Shown one piece after another: positions 29,363 through 40,224 of a stretch of 64,000 nucleotides of DNA (the first letter of the stretch is position 1; each line of letters starts with the position of its first letter). This DNA comes from a virus: IMG/VR virus record IMGVR_UViG_3300025128_006668, positions 61,402 through 125,401 of that record; one strand, given 5' to 3'. The notes under the pieces were generated by a model. That model had not been told where the DNA came from and searched no databases. It saw only the letters and a list, made by a program, of their open reading frames with translations. The position numbers were made by a program, and so were the translations under genes.

Positions 29363-32300
29363 TTATTGAGCTGTACCAAATAATGCAGTCATTATTTCTG
29401 ACTGCCGATTTTCTATAATTGCAGGCAACTGTTCTGCCATAGCGTTTAACGCCATTGAAGTCACTATATTTCTCATTTGATCTGAGAACGCTCCGGTATT
29501 TAGTATTATTTCCATAGGGGCCATGCTCACCGACATACGAAGACCACCAGAAGCATCATTAAGAGGTTTTATTGCCGAGCGCAAACCGGCAACGAGCTCA
29601 TGAACATCAATATCGTTCAACTCTGCACCATGTGTCGGCTTACCTATTGCGCTGGCCCTGCTAGCGCTCATTGTATCAACCCTCATACCACTAGAACCTA
29701 TTGCTTTCTTCAATAGTTTTTCTAAGTGTATATCATGAGTAAAGATACTTCCTTCTTCAGTGGCTTGGTTTGCCATTGCGTTAAGATTGCCCATTGTAGT
29801 GCTATCGTCAATAGTTTCCCCATTAATAGTAGGCAATGCATCGGTATTTATAGGCATTCCGCCGGCAGGAAGAGCAATCTCATTACCTTCTGCGTCTGTC
29901 CTTGTGTTGTTAGCTTGATCTGAAACCGTGTTGCGAATAGACTCAGCTTCGCCTCTACGTTCTTCAGCGTCCCTCATGAGGTCTAAGAACTTTTGCCCAG
30001 CTTCCCTGATGTCTTTTGAAAACTTATTAAGATTCTTTTGTGCTTTCTTAAGGGCCTTGTCATATGCTTCTTGAGTCTTTTTGTCTTGCGCTGCTTGTGC
30101 AGCTTCTTGATCTGCCTGCGCTTGCATTGCAGCTTCATATGCCTCTTGCTCCTCTGCGGTCCCGGTCCCAGCTATTGGGTTCCCATCTGGGCCCATAATC
30201 ATAGCTCCCGTAGCGGCAGTATTCAATAGATCTAAGTTCATAGCGTTCATAGCACCACCAAAGAACGGTACGTTATCTCCACTCATTCCAGCAGGATTAA
30301 GGGCACCATACGCACCTCCTAGTGTCTTGAAGTATTTGACCCTTATCGCCTCTGCTTCTTGTGGAGTTATTTGACCGGAAGCTAGGCCAACTTTGATCTG
30401 CTCTTCTATAAAGTCCTGAGTCAAGTACCCTAAGTCTTGCTGGCTCAGATCTCCCCCGGACATCATTGCTTCAAAGGCTCTCATCGGCCCAAGGAATGCT
30501 TCTCTTGCTTCTGCCCTTGCTTTAGGGTCTTTTATCTGTTCGATTTCATTCATCTGCTGGACTCTTCCAGAAACAATATCCCTAGCACTCTGTCTTCTTT
30601 TAGCTTCCCTTGCGAGCACTTCCTGAGCTGCCGTTAGCATTTCTGTAGAGCTAATTAAGTCTGCAGTCATCTGCTGCTGAGCTTCAAGAGCTTGAGTATT
30701 AGCTTGCATGTTTGCATTAAAATCAGATATCTGTTGATCGGTTGGACCACCTCCTGCTGCTCTTGTATCCTTACCCTGTTGTTGTGCTGTTGCGGAGGCA
30801 CCTTGTGCTACTCCTCCAGCAGCAACATAGCGATCAATCATCTCTTGACGATCTTTTCTTAGCCCATCAACTGCCGCCTGAGAATCCTGAGCTGATGCGT
30901 TCATGATTCCAAACGTTCCGCCTCCGACCCCGAGTTTAAAACCGTAGGTTTCTCTCAATCTTTCGGTTTGTTTTGCTCTGGCGCTCTCAATCGTTGTTTC
31001 TGGACCTATGCTAAAATTCTTAAGTCCATCTACATATTTCTTTTCTATCTCTATTAATCTTTTCTTAGACTGTATCTCCTGATTCGTCGCTTCTGCAGCA
31101 AGCTGCATTGTATCAGCGAATGCTTTACCGTACTGATTTTGTTTCTCAATTAAACTTGAGAACTGTTCCCTAAGCTTTTCAGTGTTACCTGCAAGCTCTT
31201 TCATTATTTCATCGACATCTCCCTCATCCAAGAATGTCTTAAGGGCATCTTCTAGAGATATTTGTTCTCCCCCTTCTCCTTGTTGTCTACCTTGGACTTG
31301 GTCACTTATGCCTGCCATAAGACTTTCTAGCACTGTTGGTGGTAGTAAGTCTGCATCAATTCCAGCGGCTGCCATCTGATCCTTGACTATCTGCAAAAAT
31401 TGCTCAGGGCTCTCTAGCTGTCCCGTTTGTTGAGCTTCTTGAACAGCTGATGCGATGATTGTTGGCATCGCCTGATTAAGCTTCATTGCTTCTGTGAACT
31501 GGCCTTGCGCTCCAGCTCCAACTCCAGTTCCTGCAAATGCAGTATCCACACCGGCAGCGATTGACCCCGATGTTGCACTCGACATATTTTCAAATACATT
31601 GAATGCTGGTCTTGCAGAATCAGCTGACTTATGTACATCTTCTATCTCAGCTCTCATCTCATTAAAGGAATGATTAAATCTATTTGCAGCTTCACCCATT
31701 TCTTTTGATAGTGTCGAAAGCGAAGCTACAAGCATGTCCATAGCTGATCTAGCTAATCGAGAAGCCCTATCAAGAGCTACCATCGCATGTTCTGTTCTTA
31801 GCCTTTCTTCTTGTTCTCTTTGTAGCTCGCGGTTCATGGAAGCTATTTGACCAGCACCATAAGCAACCTCATCGCCAGTAGCACCGGCCTGTATCAGCAG
31901 CTCGTTCATCTCGTCTTCAGACAGCTCGGAAATTGTTCTTCCGGTCCCTTGAAGCTGACTCTGTAAAGCTACAAACGCTGCTTTTACTCCTCTGGTTTCC
32001 TGTGCGCTGCCACCAACAAATTCTGCTACGCCCGTTGTAAGTCGTGCTTGTCGTTCCGCTTGAAGAGCCTTGACCATAGTCTGTGAAGCTATGTCTCCTC
32101 CCTTTAAAGCGTCCTCTAGCTTTCCTGTCGTAATTGCTGCTTTTAGCGCTTCGGTACTTAAACTATCAAGAGACTGCTTGAATGCATTGTCAATAGCTTG
32201 TTTGAAAGCTCCTGCACCTAAGTCATCTCCTAGAGCAGACTGCATTTCCTTAAACGTATTATCAAAGACAGTAGCTAACTCTTCGTCTCTCTTCTGTTGC

Positions 32301-35300
32301 AGCAGCTGTATATTATTAGCCACTTGGTAAATGGCTTCGTCACCGAACTCTGCACGAACAGCCTCAGGATTGATACCTCTAACCCCCTGTGCCCGACCAA
32401 ACTCACTGTCTGCGCCTGCTCCTGCATAGCCGAATTGACCTCCTCGACCCGCTTGGGCCCTTCCGATCCGCCTTCGGTCACCGGTGGTCACACCTTCAAA
32501 AAACATATCTCTAGCGATATTCTTCCTATCCATAAAGCCAGCCATTCTATCGGCTCGTAGAGAGCCTGCCGAGGAATCACCTCCCATGAGCCCTGATTGA
32601 GCGAATGCCTGACTGCTGGCTGCTTGGTCTGCTGCAAGGAATGTCTTTGTCAGTTGTTTTGTTGTCCTTTGAAGCTCTAAGTTAGTTATATTATTATCTT
32701 TAGCTAACAACTCCAGACTCTTGGCTGCTTTTTTACCGCTAATAGCTACATTATTAAGTGCATTAAATGATTGCTGAGCATATTTGGCGGAATTTGATTT
32801 TCTAAGACTATCAAAGACAAAATAAATCCCAGCAACAACTGCCGTAAGAGGTCCGAGTTTGCCGGCAAGGGCACCTAATCCTCCCAGCACTGCTGGAAAT
32901 GCAGCTGCAACTTTTTGGATAACCATCGTTGCGACAACAGCTGCTCCGAGAGCAGCAAACGCTTTAGCCAATGTCTTAGCCCCTGCAGCCGACCGGGCTG
33001 TTTCAGCGTCTAAATCCTTAATCCCTTTTATTCCACCAATTTCCTCTATCTTTGATGAGTCTATACCTAAAATTGCATCAATAGCACTACTGGCAGCTTT
33101 ATCCAATATTAAGAAGGTAGCAGCTCCGGCAAGAAGACCTGCTGAAAAAGCACCTAGAGCTGGCATTGTAATATTTTTAAGTGCTCCGGCAGTGACCGTA
33201 AACCTACCACCTAAGCTAGCGACTTTTTTCCCAAGGTTGCCAAGTCCTGCCGTAGCCGTCTTTAGAGTCTGGCTAAATCCAGCGACAAACTGCTGGGAAC
33301 CTGTAGCGGAGCTTAACGCAGTGCCACTTGTTCCTAACGTTGTGAACATCTTTGCGGGCGTTGGCGGGACAAAGGTTGGTCGGGTCACGCCCGCTCCAAA
33401 ACCGCCAAAAGCACCTCCCATAAATCCCGAAAGAATCTTATCAATATTCGCAGCCTTCAATGCCGTAAACGTCCCACTTAAACCAGCCATTAGCATGGCA
33501 GCTGTGGTTGCTACGTTCATTGCGCTAGCAAAGCTAAGGCCTTCAGCTTCAAGCTGTGCAAAAGAAGCGGTAAGCCCAGTAATCCCTGCGGTTAGGTTTG
33601 ATATACCGAGCTGCATAGCAGCACCTTTTTCCGCGACATTTCCACTTCCTCCTACTCCTCCACCATTACTAAAACCTACACGACCACCCTTTGCATATTT
33701 ATTAATGCTATTTAATTTACTATAGCCATACCTCTTAGCAGAGTCTCTGTTTATAACGAACTCACCGGGAGTTAGAAGCGCTGGTACAGTATCTGTTCCT
33801 GACGTTAACCCTCCAGTGGCCTTTCCTTTTCTTGACTTCCCTGACCCCGCAGGCATATTTGTTGTTGTGATCATAGGGGTTCCAGTTCTAAGTAGCTTTC
33901 CTACAATAGATCCTGTATCTTTAAGTGTAGATTCACGACTAAGAGATTTCTTGGCCTCCCCTTTTGAGGCAGAGCCTGCTGAACCGCTTCCAAATACTTG
34001 ATCAATAGCATTTCTTGCCTCCTGATCTATTGAGGCAATATCAAAAGTAGCTTTGTCATCTGGATCTAAAATTGCTCCTGTTGTCTTTGAAATGAATCCT
34101 TCAAATAAAAGCCCCTTGATAGGGTCAAAGTTTACTCTCTCCAGAGCCATATCTGCAAGCGCCTGAGCACTTTGGCTTAGTCCCGGAATCTCAAACTTGT
34201 CCATAAATTGAGAAACGTGATTGTCAAGCTCTTGTTTAATGGACTCAACCATCTTCCTATCAAGAACATCCAGCGCGTCTTTTCCTAACATTCCACCTGC
34301 AGAAGTGTATGATAGATCCATGTAGCCTAGACCTGCTTGGGCTCCAGCGGCACTAAACTGACTTTGGATTTTATCCATGCCGGGAAGAGCAGCAAACTCT
34401 TTAAATCTAGTGCTTTGTTTTGCGCCAGCCTTCGCGCTACTTTTTCTTCCGGCATAAAACACTCTGGTCTTTCCGGAAGTGGCGTTGAAGATATTGCCAG
34501 CCGTCGGGCCCTGCGTACCTTTTTCCATAAATAAGCTTGTAACATCATCCCTGTTAATTGTAGCTGTAGCGGTTGGAATTGTTTCGCCTACTTTACCTGC
34601 CTTATTGAATCTTTGAACAGGGCCTCCGTTTGCATATCTATTGATCTTATTTAGATTACCGGCACCATAAGCTTCTACCGCCGACTTCCTTATGACATAT
34701 TCTCCGGGAGTCAGATTAGCTTTAACTGTATCGCCAGATCCATGTCCGGGAACTAGACCACCTGTGGCAAAGCCTCTTCTTGGACCTCTAGCGGGACCTC
34801 TTCCTCCGCCAAACCCACCAGTCGTCTTAGCATTGATACTTGACAGAAGACCTATCATTGCCTTCTGGTTTTGAATCTGAGTTTGTAGGTGAGTATTTTG
34901 AGTATTAGATGCTGAAAGAATGTTGCTTAGCTGGGTTGTCTGAGCTGCCGTAGAAGCAGCAGTCTTCTTCTGGGCGGCATTTCCTTGCCCTCCCATAGCC
35001 TGACCAGCAGAGGCGCCCAATCCTCCTTTACCAAACCCACCCATAAAACCAGTGATAAAACCACCGGCAGCACGACTAACCGAACGAGCTGCAAAGGCAG
35101 TGAGCATAGGAAGCAATGGAGCTAATGTTTCGCCAATCTGTAGAAACGCATTTGCTATTCCTATCAATGATTTACTTATTGTAGCAAAAGTACTGGACTC
35201 TGCTATCGTCATTAGAAAATCTTGGAATCTGGACTGGACTTGTTCAAAGGCTTTTATAATTGGAGTTAAACCTTTTTCCACATCTTTACCGAGACCCATA

Positions 35301-36472
35301 GCGGCTCCTTTTTGGCCTTCTATGAGTGCTTGTTGGGCTTTTCCAAAGTTCCTTAATGCAGGAACTAATTTACCCATCTGTCTAATACCACCAAGCTCTT
35401 CAGTAATAGCAGATAAAGTTAAGGCGTCTCCTTTTTGGACTATCACATCCAGCTGCTGCCCAATTCTTTGCATAGCAGGATAGAGCCCAATAAAGTTACC
35501 TTGAACATCAGTAAGCTTGATACCAAGGTTTTCAAGCATCTGAATGGTGTCTTTTCGTTGCAACCTAGTGAAGATTGTTCTTAAACCAGTAGCGATTGTT
35601 TCTGCAGACTCACGAGTCGTTGCTCTAACAGAAGTAAATACAGCCGCAAACTGATTAAGGGCCTCAATAGGCTCAGTCATTTGACCAGCAGATATTGCAA
35701 ACACACCACCGGCACGTCTTATAGCAGCGATCAGGTCTTGAGCCTCAACAGCAAACTTCTTAGATATCTGATTCAAAGAACCTAGTACTGCCTCAGACTG
35801 CTGTGCGGATATTCCAAACTGGTTCAAAGCAGCGATCAAACCTTCTGCTGTCTGCTTCATATCTCCAAAAGTAGGAGCTAAACTAGAACGAGCAATAGCT
35901 TTCATAGAAGCTTCTACTTGAGCTAAATTCTGACCAGCCTGAGCAAACAATCTAGCTATCTCAATTACCTCGTTGGCGTCCAACCCAAGAGACTTAGCTG
36001 CATTTCTGGCAGCACCTGAAATGTTCTCTAGCCCCTTGGCTGTCTGTCCAGTAACCTGTTGGAGCTTAACTATTTCTCTCTGGAACTCAAGTGCCTTGGG
36101 TATTGCCTGAGTAATAGCATTTGTAAGACGGAAGAATGTTGCAGTAACAATACCTGCAGCCGCAAACCTTTTGAATGTAAGAGCAGTTTCCTTACCAAGG
36201 ATATTCATAGCACCACCAGCTTGCTTAGCAGAGCTTGCCACCCTATTTAAACTATTGGAAGTTGTCTTAGATGCCGCGCTTAGCTTAGCAGCACTTCCTG
36301 TGGTAGTCTTAAAAGTATTATTAAGTTTGTTAAGTTGCTGAGATCCTTTTTGAGGTATGTTTAAATTAACATTAGCATTTATATTTTTCAACTGCTGTTG
36401 TATCTTCTTGGACACAGCCCTAATGTTCTTAGGACCAGACAAAACAACTTGTGCGTTTATATTGAATGCCAT
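29363..36472 (-). CDS. tail tape measure protein
   Basis: 2369 aa, Ala/Gly/Gln-rich and helical; TP901-like core (ESAETIATGLRTIFTRL); ATGG...PGEYV motifs. Confidence 0.92.
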   Translation of the reverse strand: MAFNINAQVVLSGPKNIRAVSKKIQQQLKNINANVNLNIPQKGSQQLNKLNNTFKTTTGSAAKLSAASKTTSNSLNRVASSAKQAGGAMNILGKETALTFKRFAAAGIVTATFFRLTNAITQAIPKALEFQREIVKLQQVTGQTAKGLENISGAARNAAKSLGLDANEVIEIARLFAQAGQNLAQVEASMKAIARSSLAPTFGDMKQTAEGLIAALNQFGISAQQSEAVLGSLNQISKKFAVEAQDLIAAIRRAGGVFAISAGQMTEPIEALNQFAAVFTSVRATTRESAETIATGLRTIFTRLQRKDTIQMLENLGIKLTDVQGNFIGLYPAMQRIGQQLDVIVQKGDALTLSAITEELGGIRQMGKLVPALRNFGKAQQALIEGQKGAAMGLGKDVEKGLTPIIKAFEQVQSRFQDFLMTIAESSTFATISKSLIGIANAFLQIGETLAPLLPMLTAFAARSVSRAAGGFITGFMGGFGKGGLGASAGQAMGGQGNAAQKKTAASTAAQTTQLSNILSASNTQNTHLQTQIQNQKAMIGLLSSINAKTTGGFGGGRGPARGPRRGFATGGLVPGHGSGDTVKANLTPGEYVIRKSAVEAYGAGNLNKINRYANGGPVQRFNKAGKVGETIPTATATINRDDVTSLFMEKGTQGPTAGNIFNATSGKTRVFYAGRKSSAKAGAKQSTRFKEFAALPGMDKIQSQFSAAGAQAGLGYMDLSYTSAGGMLGKDALDVLDRKMVESIKQELDNHVSQFMDKFEIPGLSQSAQALADMALERVNFDPIKGLLFEGFISKTTGAILDPDDKATFDIASIDQEARNAIDQVFGSGSAGSASKGEAKKSLSRESTLKDTGSIVGKLLRTGTPMITTTNMPAGSGKSRKGKATGGLTSGTDTVPALLTPGEFVINRDSAKRYGYSKLNSINKYAKGGRVGFSNGGGVGGSGNVAEKGAAMQLGISNLTAGITGLTASFAQLEAEGLSFASAMNVATTAAMLMAGLSGTFTALKAANIDKILSGFMGGAFGGFGAGVTRPTFVPPTPAKMFTTLGTSGTALSSATGSQQFVAGFSQTLKTATAGLGNLGKKVASLGGRFTVTAGALKNITMPALGAFSAGLLAGAATFLILDKAASSAIDAILGIDSSKIEEIGGIKGIKDLDAETARSAAGAKTLAKAFAALGAAVVATMVIQKVAAAFPAVLGGLGALAGKLGPLTAVVAGIYFVFDSLRKSNSAKYAQQSFNALNNVAISGKKAAKSLELLAKDNNITNLELQRTTKQLTKTFLAADQAASSQAFAQSGLMGGDSSAGSLRADRMAGFMDRKNIARDMFFEGVTTGDRRRIGRAQAGRGGQFGYAGAGADSEFGRAQGVRGINPEAVRAEFGDEAIYQVANNIQLLQQKRDEELATVFDNTFKEMQSALGDDLGAGAFKQAIDNAFKQSLDSLSTEALKAAITTGKLEDALKGGDIASQTMVKALQAERQARLTTGVAEFVGGSAQETRGVKAAFVALQSQLQGTGRTISELSEDEMNELLIQAGATGDEVAYGAGQIASMNRELQREQEERLRTEHAMVALDRASRLARSAMDMLVASLSTLSKEMGEAANRFNHSFNEMRAEIEDVHKSADSARPAFNVFENMSSATSGSIAAGVDTAFAGTGVGAGAQGQFTEAMKLNQAMPTIIASAVQEAQQTGQLESPEQFLQIVKDQMAAAGIDADLLPPTVLESLMAGISDQVQGRQQGEGGEQISLEDALKTFLDEGDVDEIMKELAGNTEKLREQFSSLIEKQNQYGKAFADTMQLAAEATNQEIQSKKRLIEIEKKYVDGLKNFSIGPETTIESARAKQTERLRETYGFKLGVGGGTFGIMNASAQDSQAAVDGLRKDRQEMIDRYVAAGGVAQGASATAQQQGKDTRAAGGGPTDQQISDFNANMQANTQALEAQQQMTADLISSTEMLTAAQEVLAREAKRRQSARDIVSGRVQQMNEIEQIKDPKARAEAREAFLGPMRAFEAMMSGGDLSQQDLGYLTQDFIEEQIKVGLASGQITPQEAEAIRVKYFKTLGGAYGALNPAGMSGDNVPFFGGAMNAMNLDLLNTAATGAMIMGPDGNPIAGTGTAEEQEAYEAAMQAQADQEAAQAAQDKKTQEAYDKALKKAQKNLNKFSKDIREAGQKFLDLMRDAEERRGEAESIRNTVSDQANNTRTDAEGNEIALPAGGMPINTDALPTINGETIDDSTTMGNLNAMANQATEEGSIFTHDIHLEKLLKKAIGSSGMRVDTMSASRASAIGKPTHGAELNDIDVHELVAGLRSAIKPLNDASGGLRMSVSMAPMEIILNTGAFSDQMRNIVTSMALNAMAEQLPAIIENRQSEIMTALFGTAQ

Positions 36473-36485
36473 TTAAATTACCTTT

Positions 36486-36532
36486 ATAAAACAAAACGAC
36501 CATAGTAAACGCAGTGCTTATTATGGTCGCTT
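36486..36532 (-). terminator. hairpin/attenuator upstream of the tape measure gene
   Basis: On the minus strand: GCGACCATAATAAGC-loop-GTTTACTATGGTCGT followed by TTTGTTTT. Confidence 0.55.
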
Positions 36533-36545
36533 ATCCAGTTATATA

Positions 36546-37541
36546 CTACTCTGAAGGAGCTTCTTCTGGTTGCTCTTCAGGAGGTGATTCAGCCTCAGCA
36601 GCTGGCTCCTCTTTCTTCTTAGTAGTCTTTTTTCTCGGTGCTCTCTTTTTAGGAGTAGTTTTCTTTTCAACAGTTTCGGCTTGTTCCTCTTCCTCAGCCT
36701 GCTCTTTCTCTTCTGATTCGGATTCCAAAACAATAGGAGTTCCGTCTTCATCTAAGAAAGGAGAAAACTCTACCTTAAACTTGCCTTCATCAACGTCTAT
36801 TTCGCGCCCATTAGCATCCACATAGATAAAGTTGTCGTCTTCTTGCCACTTTATAAAGTTTCCAAAAACGTCTATATGTCTGCCTTCTCTGTCAACTCTA
36901 CGACCATCTTTATCAACAAGGTGACCATCTTCATTAACAAGCTTGTATTGGGTGAGAAACTGGTTCTCAGGCAATGTGGAGTCTAGATCCTCAGTACCGG
37001 ACAATAGATAATAAAACTGTGTAGCACCTATGGTACTAACTTCATCCTCTATTGATGCCAGATATGAATCTAACCCATGCTCATAGTACGGGTCTCCAGT
37101 ATCTTCATACACCAAACACTCGGCAAAAAGCAGGTTGAAACGAGCCGAATCTGCCTTGCCCTCACATGTGTTTTGGTCTAAATCGCTTCTGGAAGTAAGC
37201 ATCTCAACCATTCTATTTCTAGCATTTCTCATGTCTAAAGCAATATTTTTAGCTTCTTGAAGACTAATTCCCCCTTTAGACAATGTGAACTCACCATCGA
37301 CAACAGACTTCTTTAATGTCTGGTATTCGGTCTCTTTTTGATCATTCCAGAGATTTCTTTTTCTTAAATTGTCATCTAGCTGATCTCTAAGAATATCACC
37401 GTTTTCAAGAGCTTGATTAAAAGTTTTAGATCTCATCTCACTACCTCTTCTGAGAGTAGCAACACTAGGTCTAATAACTGCATATTTAACCTCGTTCACC
37501 TCAAAAACTCTTTTGTCTTCATCTTTTACATCATTGGCCAT
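36546..37541 (-). CDS. probable tail assembly chaperone
   Basis: Position between tail tube and tape measure; acidic/basic low-complexity C-terminus. Confidence 0.5.
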   Translation of the reverse strand: MANDVKDEDKRVFEVNEVKYAVIRPSVATLRRGSEMRSKTFNQALENGDILRDQLDDNLRKRNLWNDQKETEYQTLKKSVVDGEFTLSKGGISLQEAKNIALDMRNARNRMVEMLTSRSDLDQNTCEGKADSARFNLLFAECLVYEDTGDPYYEHGLDSYLASIEDEVSTIGATQFYYLLSGTEDLDSTLPENQFLTQYKLVNEDGHLVDKDGRRVDREGRHIDVFGNFIKWQEDDNFIYVDANGREIDVDEGKFKVEFSPFLDEDGTPIVLESESEEKEQAEEEEQAETVEKKTTPKKRAPRKKTTKKKEEPAAEAESPPEEQPEEAPSE

Positions 37542-37543
37542 CG

Positions 37544-37864
37544 TTATATATCCTTATCCTCATCTTGAAAATGAAATTTAGTTACGTATCTATCCCAACT
37601 TATTGTATAGTAGTTGAGCTCATTTTGTACCGCCCTAAGGTTAGAATTTCCTAAGTCCAGTATATCCGTTCTAGTTCGAGACCAAACTTTTCTCCACTCT
37701 TTTTGGTCTTCGCTAAGTCTATCATACTCTATTCCATGTCCCCATAGAAATCCAAAGTCTTCTTCAAAAGTTGCTAGTGCTCCTATTGTAGTTGTATTAA
37801 ATTTTTTTGTTATATTATTCTTAAGCCTTTTCTTGGACTGGTCTTTATAATTTTTATTATCCAT
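37544..37864 (-). CDS. hypothetical protein
   Basis: ORF with RBS in the tail operon. Confidence 0.6.
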   Translation of the reverse strand: MDNKNYKDQSKKRLKNNITKKFNTTTIGALATFEEDFGFLWGHGIEYDRLSEDQKEWRKVWSRTRTDILDLGNSNLRAVQNELNYYTISWDRYVTKFHFQDEDKDI

Positions 37865-37874
37865 ATGGCTCCTG

Positions 37875-38930
37875 TTATCCTCCTCTCCTAGAGTTTTTTA
37901 GTTCTTCCATCATTTGTTTTCTTAATTGTAATTTGACATCGCTAAGTTCCATGTCATCAACCTGACCCTTGTTTTTCACTTCTAACTCTTTACTCTTTAA
38001 CTTCATCCTCTCGTTATGTTCATTTATGTTAAATATTCTACTTGCGTCGGACTTGGTCTCTGCCATAACAAACACCTCATTTCCCTTCTGATCAATAGCT
38101 TTGTCCACAGACTTCTTCTCTCTTGACTTTTTCATTTTTTCTTGCTCTTTGAGCATCCATCCATCGAACATATCATCATCTTCAAACACGTCCTCAGGAG
38201 GGGAGTCTGGACTTTGGAAGGCGTTGTCATACATTTTGGAGTACGACATAATGACTCTCTGTAGTGCATTCAAGCTACCTACTGGTGCGCTAAATGGTCC
38301 TGATTTACCTCCAGCATTCCAGAAAGATTTCCAAGGCTCGTTTCTTGATATCTCTCTAAGACTGCTAAACAGATGCGTAAAGCTACCGCTCCAAGCAGAT
38401 GCTGCTTCCTGAAGTATTCTAGAAGAAGAAGCATAAACATCTGAGTGAGTATATACATGAGACCCGTCAGACATATCAACTATCCTTAACGCTAGCACGA
38501 ACTGGTCAATTGAGGCTTCTGTAAAACCTTCTATCGTCAGACTATCAAAAGAATTTTTAGTCTCGGAAGATTCTTCAATGAGAGTCTTAAGGCCTTTTAT
38601 TCTAGACTTCAGCGACTTCACGGCTTTTGAGTTGAGCCTTGACTCAAATAAATTAATTTTATATCTTTCGAGCTCTTTCTCGGCTTCTTCAAGATGCGCG
38701 TTGTCGCTATCTGTCCATATACCTAGCTCGTGCAGTTTCTGCTTGGCCTGACTCCTTGTCATCATTTGCTGAAAGCGTAGATTATGAGTCTGCTTTTTTA
38801 CATAGAATTCTGCAAGCCGATGCATTTCTTGCGTTGCAGGAATTATTTTATAGAGCTTATTATCAAGTTCAAAGAAGCAAATCCCAGAAAGGATAAAAGA
38901 TACAGCTTCTTCCAGTTCCCTTTTTTCCAT
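37875..38930 (-). CDS. probable tail assembly chaperone-like protein
   Basis: Position; YDNAFQSPDSPPEDVFEDDDMFDGW motif. Confidence 0.45.
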   Translation of the reverse strand: MEKRELEEAVSFILSGICFFELDNKLYKIIPATQEMHRLAEFYVKKQTHNLRFQQMMTRSQAKQKLHELGIWTDSDNAHLEEAEKELERYKINLFESRLNSKAVKSLKSRIKGLKTLIEESSETKNSFDSLTIEGFTEASIDQFVLALRIVDMSDGSHVYTHSDVYASSSRILQEAASAWSGSFTHLFSSLREISRNEPWKSFWNAGGKSGPFSAPVGSLNALQRVIMSYSKMYDNAFQSPDSPPEDVFEDDDMFDGWMLKEQEKMKKSREKKSVDKAIDQKGNEVFVMAETKSDASRIFNINEHNERMKLKSKELEVKNKGQVDDMELSDVKLQLRKQMMEELKNSRRGG

Positions 38931-38989
38931 ATATAAATCCTAAATCCTAGTTCTGCTATATTATCCACTCGCCCAATGGCTATCGCTTC

Positions 38990-39041
38990 AAAAATAGCAG
39001 TTTGAGCCACGGAGAATATACTCCGTGACCCTAATCTGCTG
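38990..39041 (-). terminator. terminator after tail tube gene
   Basis: Long hairpin with core CACGGAG/CTCCGTG and outer AGCAG/CTGCT, followed by a minus-strand T-run. Confidence 0.7.
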
Positions 39042-39068
39042 TTACAAACTAAGTCTTATTACTATGGA

Positions 39069-40175
39069 TTAACCACCCTTAAGACTTGGAATCCTACCGT
39101 TGCTTGCTCCACTTGGATCAGAGGACATTGTGGTGTCCGCCGAGTGCAAGACCGTGAAATCATTAAATGTTTGATAACTATAAGTAACAGTAGCGTTTCC
39201 ACCACCAGCGTCTCCTCCTCCGTAGCTTACGGAAGCAAGACGATTCTTTGTACCTAAGTCAAGCCCAAGACCTTCGCAAGTTGCGATAGCAATGGTTTGT
39301 TCTGAGGTGTTCTTATAGCCAGAGCATTCTACCGTACTTTTGTCGATAGCATTAATCATGTCACCACGATTTGCTGTTACTTCAAAGTCACATGTGACTT
39401 CTACTGGGAATGTAACTGTCTTAGCGTATGGACGCTTCATGCCAAGTCTGAAGATGTCTTCTCTACCAATATCACAAGAAACAGTAATGCTAGCAAGGTT
39501 GGTATTAGTTCTACCACCTTCAACTTGAAAATTATTGACTGTGCCAATTTCAGTTGGGAACGTAGATCCACCTATCCAGAGTTGCTCTCTTCTTGCTACT
39601 CCAAATTCTCCACTTGGAGTGTCACTGTTGCCACTGAATCCACCTGCAATCGAACCCGGAGTATACGTTATAGCACCTCCAGCGGTATTTGTAGCACCAG
39701 CGCCCCATGCCTTATAGTTTCCTACAAGGGTAACATCTTCTGTGAAATAATCATCCAGAGGGAAGTTGTAACCAACTGAAGAAACCTGCAAGCCTGACAT
39801 CTCCACCCAATATGATGGAGCTCCACCAGCTGCATTGTTAGCTTCGTCCCATATACCTAGCTGAACACGGCATTTACCCTGAACTCTTTTTTCGAGTTGA
39901 GGACCAGTGTCCGAAATTTCAGTTTGGTCTTTAGTAGTTGCACAATAAATAGGTTTGTAACCGTCTAAAACTTTAGACATTGTTACTTCAACATCAGGAA
40001 CACCTTCAATGTTCTCGTAGATAGCGAGCTGCCCGAGCTCAAAAGTTTGTTCTAGATTGAAGGTCGTTGTTATACCAACAGATTGGACGCCATGAATAGC
40101 TTCCATATCGGTACCAGAATTGGTTCCGACTGCGACCTGTTGTATAGCATAATAGATTCTATTATTACCGGCCAT
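39069..40175 (-). CDS. major tail tube protein
   Basis: GVQSVGITTTFNLEQTFELGQL, GREDIFRLG; strong RBS and own terminator. Confidence 0.75.
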   Translation of the reverse strand: MAGNNRIYYAIQQVAVGTNSGTDMEAIHGVQSVGITTTFNLEQTFELGQLAIYENIEGVPDVEVTMSKVLDGYKPIYCATTKDQTEISDTGPQLEKRVQGKCRVQLGIWDEANNAAGGAPSYWVEMSGLQVSSVGYNFPLDDYFTEDVTLVGNYKAWGAGATNTAGGAITYTPGSIAGGFSGNSDTPSGEFGVARREQLWIGGSTFPTEIGTVNNFQVEGGRTNTNLASITVSCDIGREDIFRLGMKRPYAKTVTFPVEVTCDFEVTANRGDMINAIDKSTVECSGYKNTSEQTIAIATCEGLGLDLGTKNRLASVSYGGGDAGGGNATVTYSYQTFNDFTVLHSADTTMSSDPSGASNGRIPSLKGG

Positions 40176-40224
40176 TATAAATCTCCTAAATTAAAAGATA
40201 CGTATCTACTCAACAATACACCAT

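Noticed and set aside
32859-33725. 288-aa + strand ORF and other antisense ORFs in the track
   Set aside because: These are shadows of the Ala/Gly-rich tape measure and other real genes, with no RBS or recognisable motifs.
36539-36751. Programmed frameshift product of the tail chaperone
   Set aside because: The alternate frame ends only 7 nt beyond the main ORF, lies in low-complexity sequence, and no convincing slippery site was identified.
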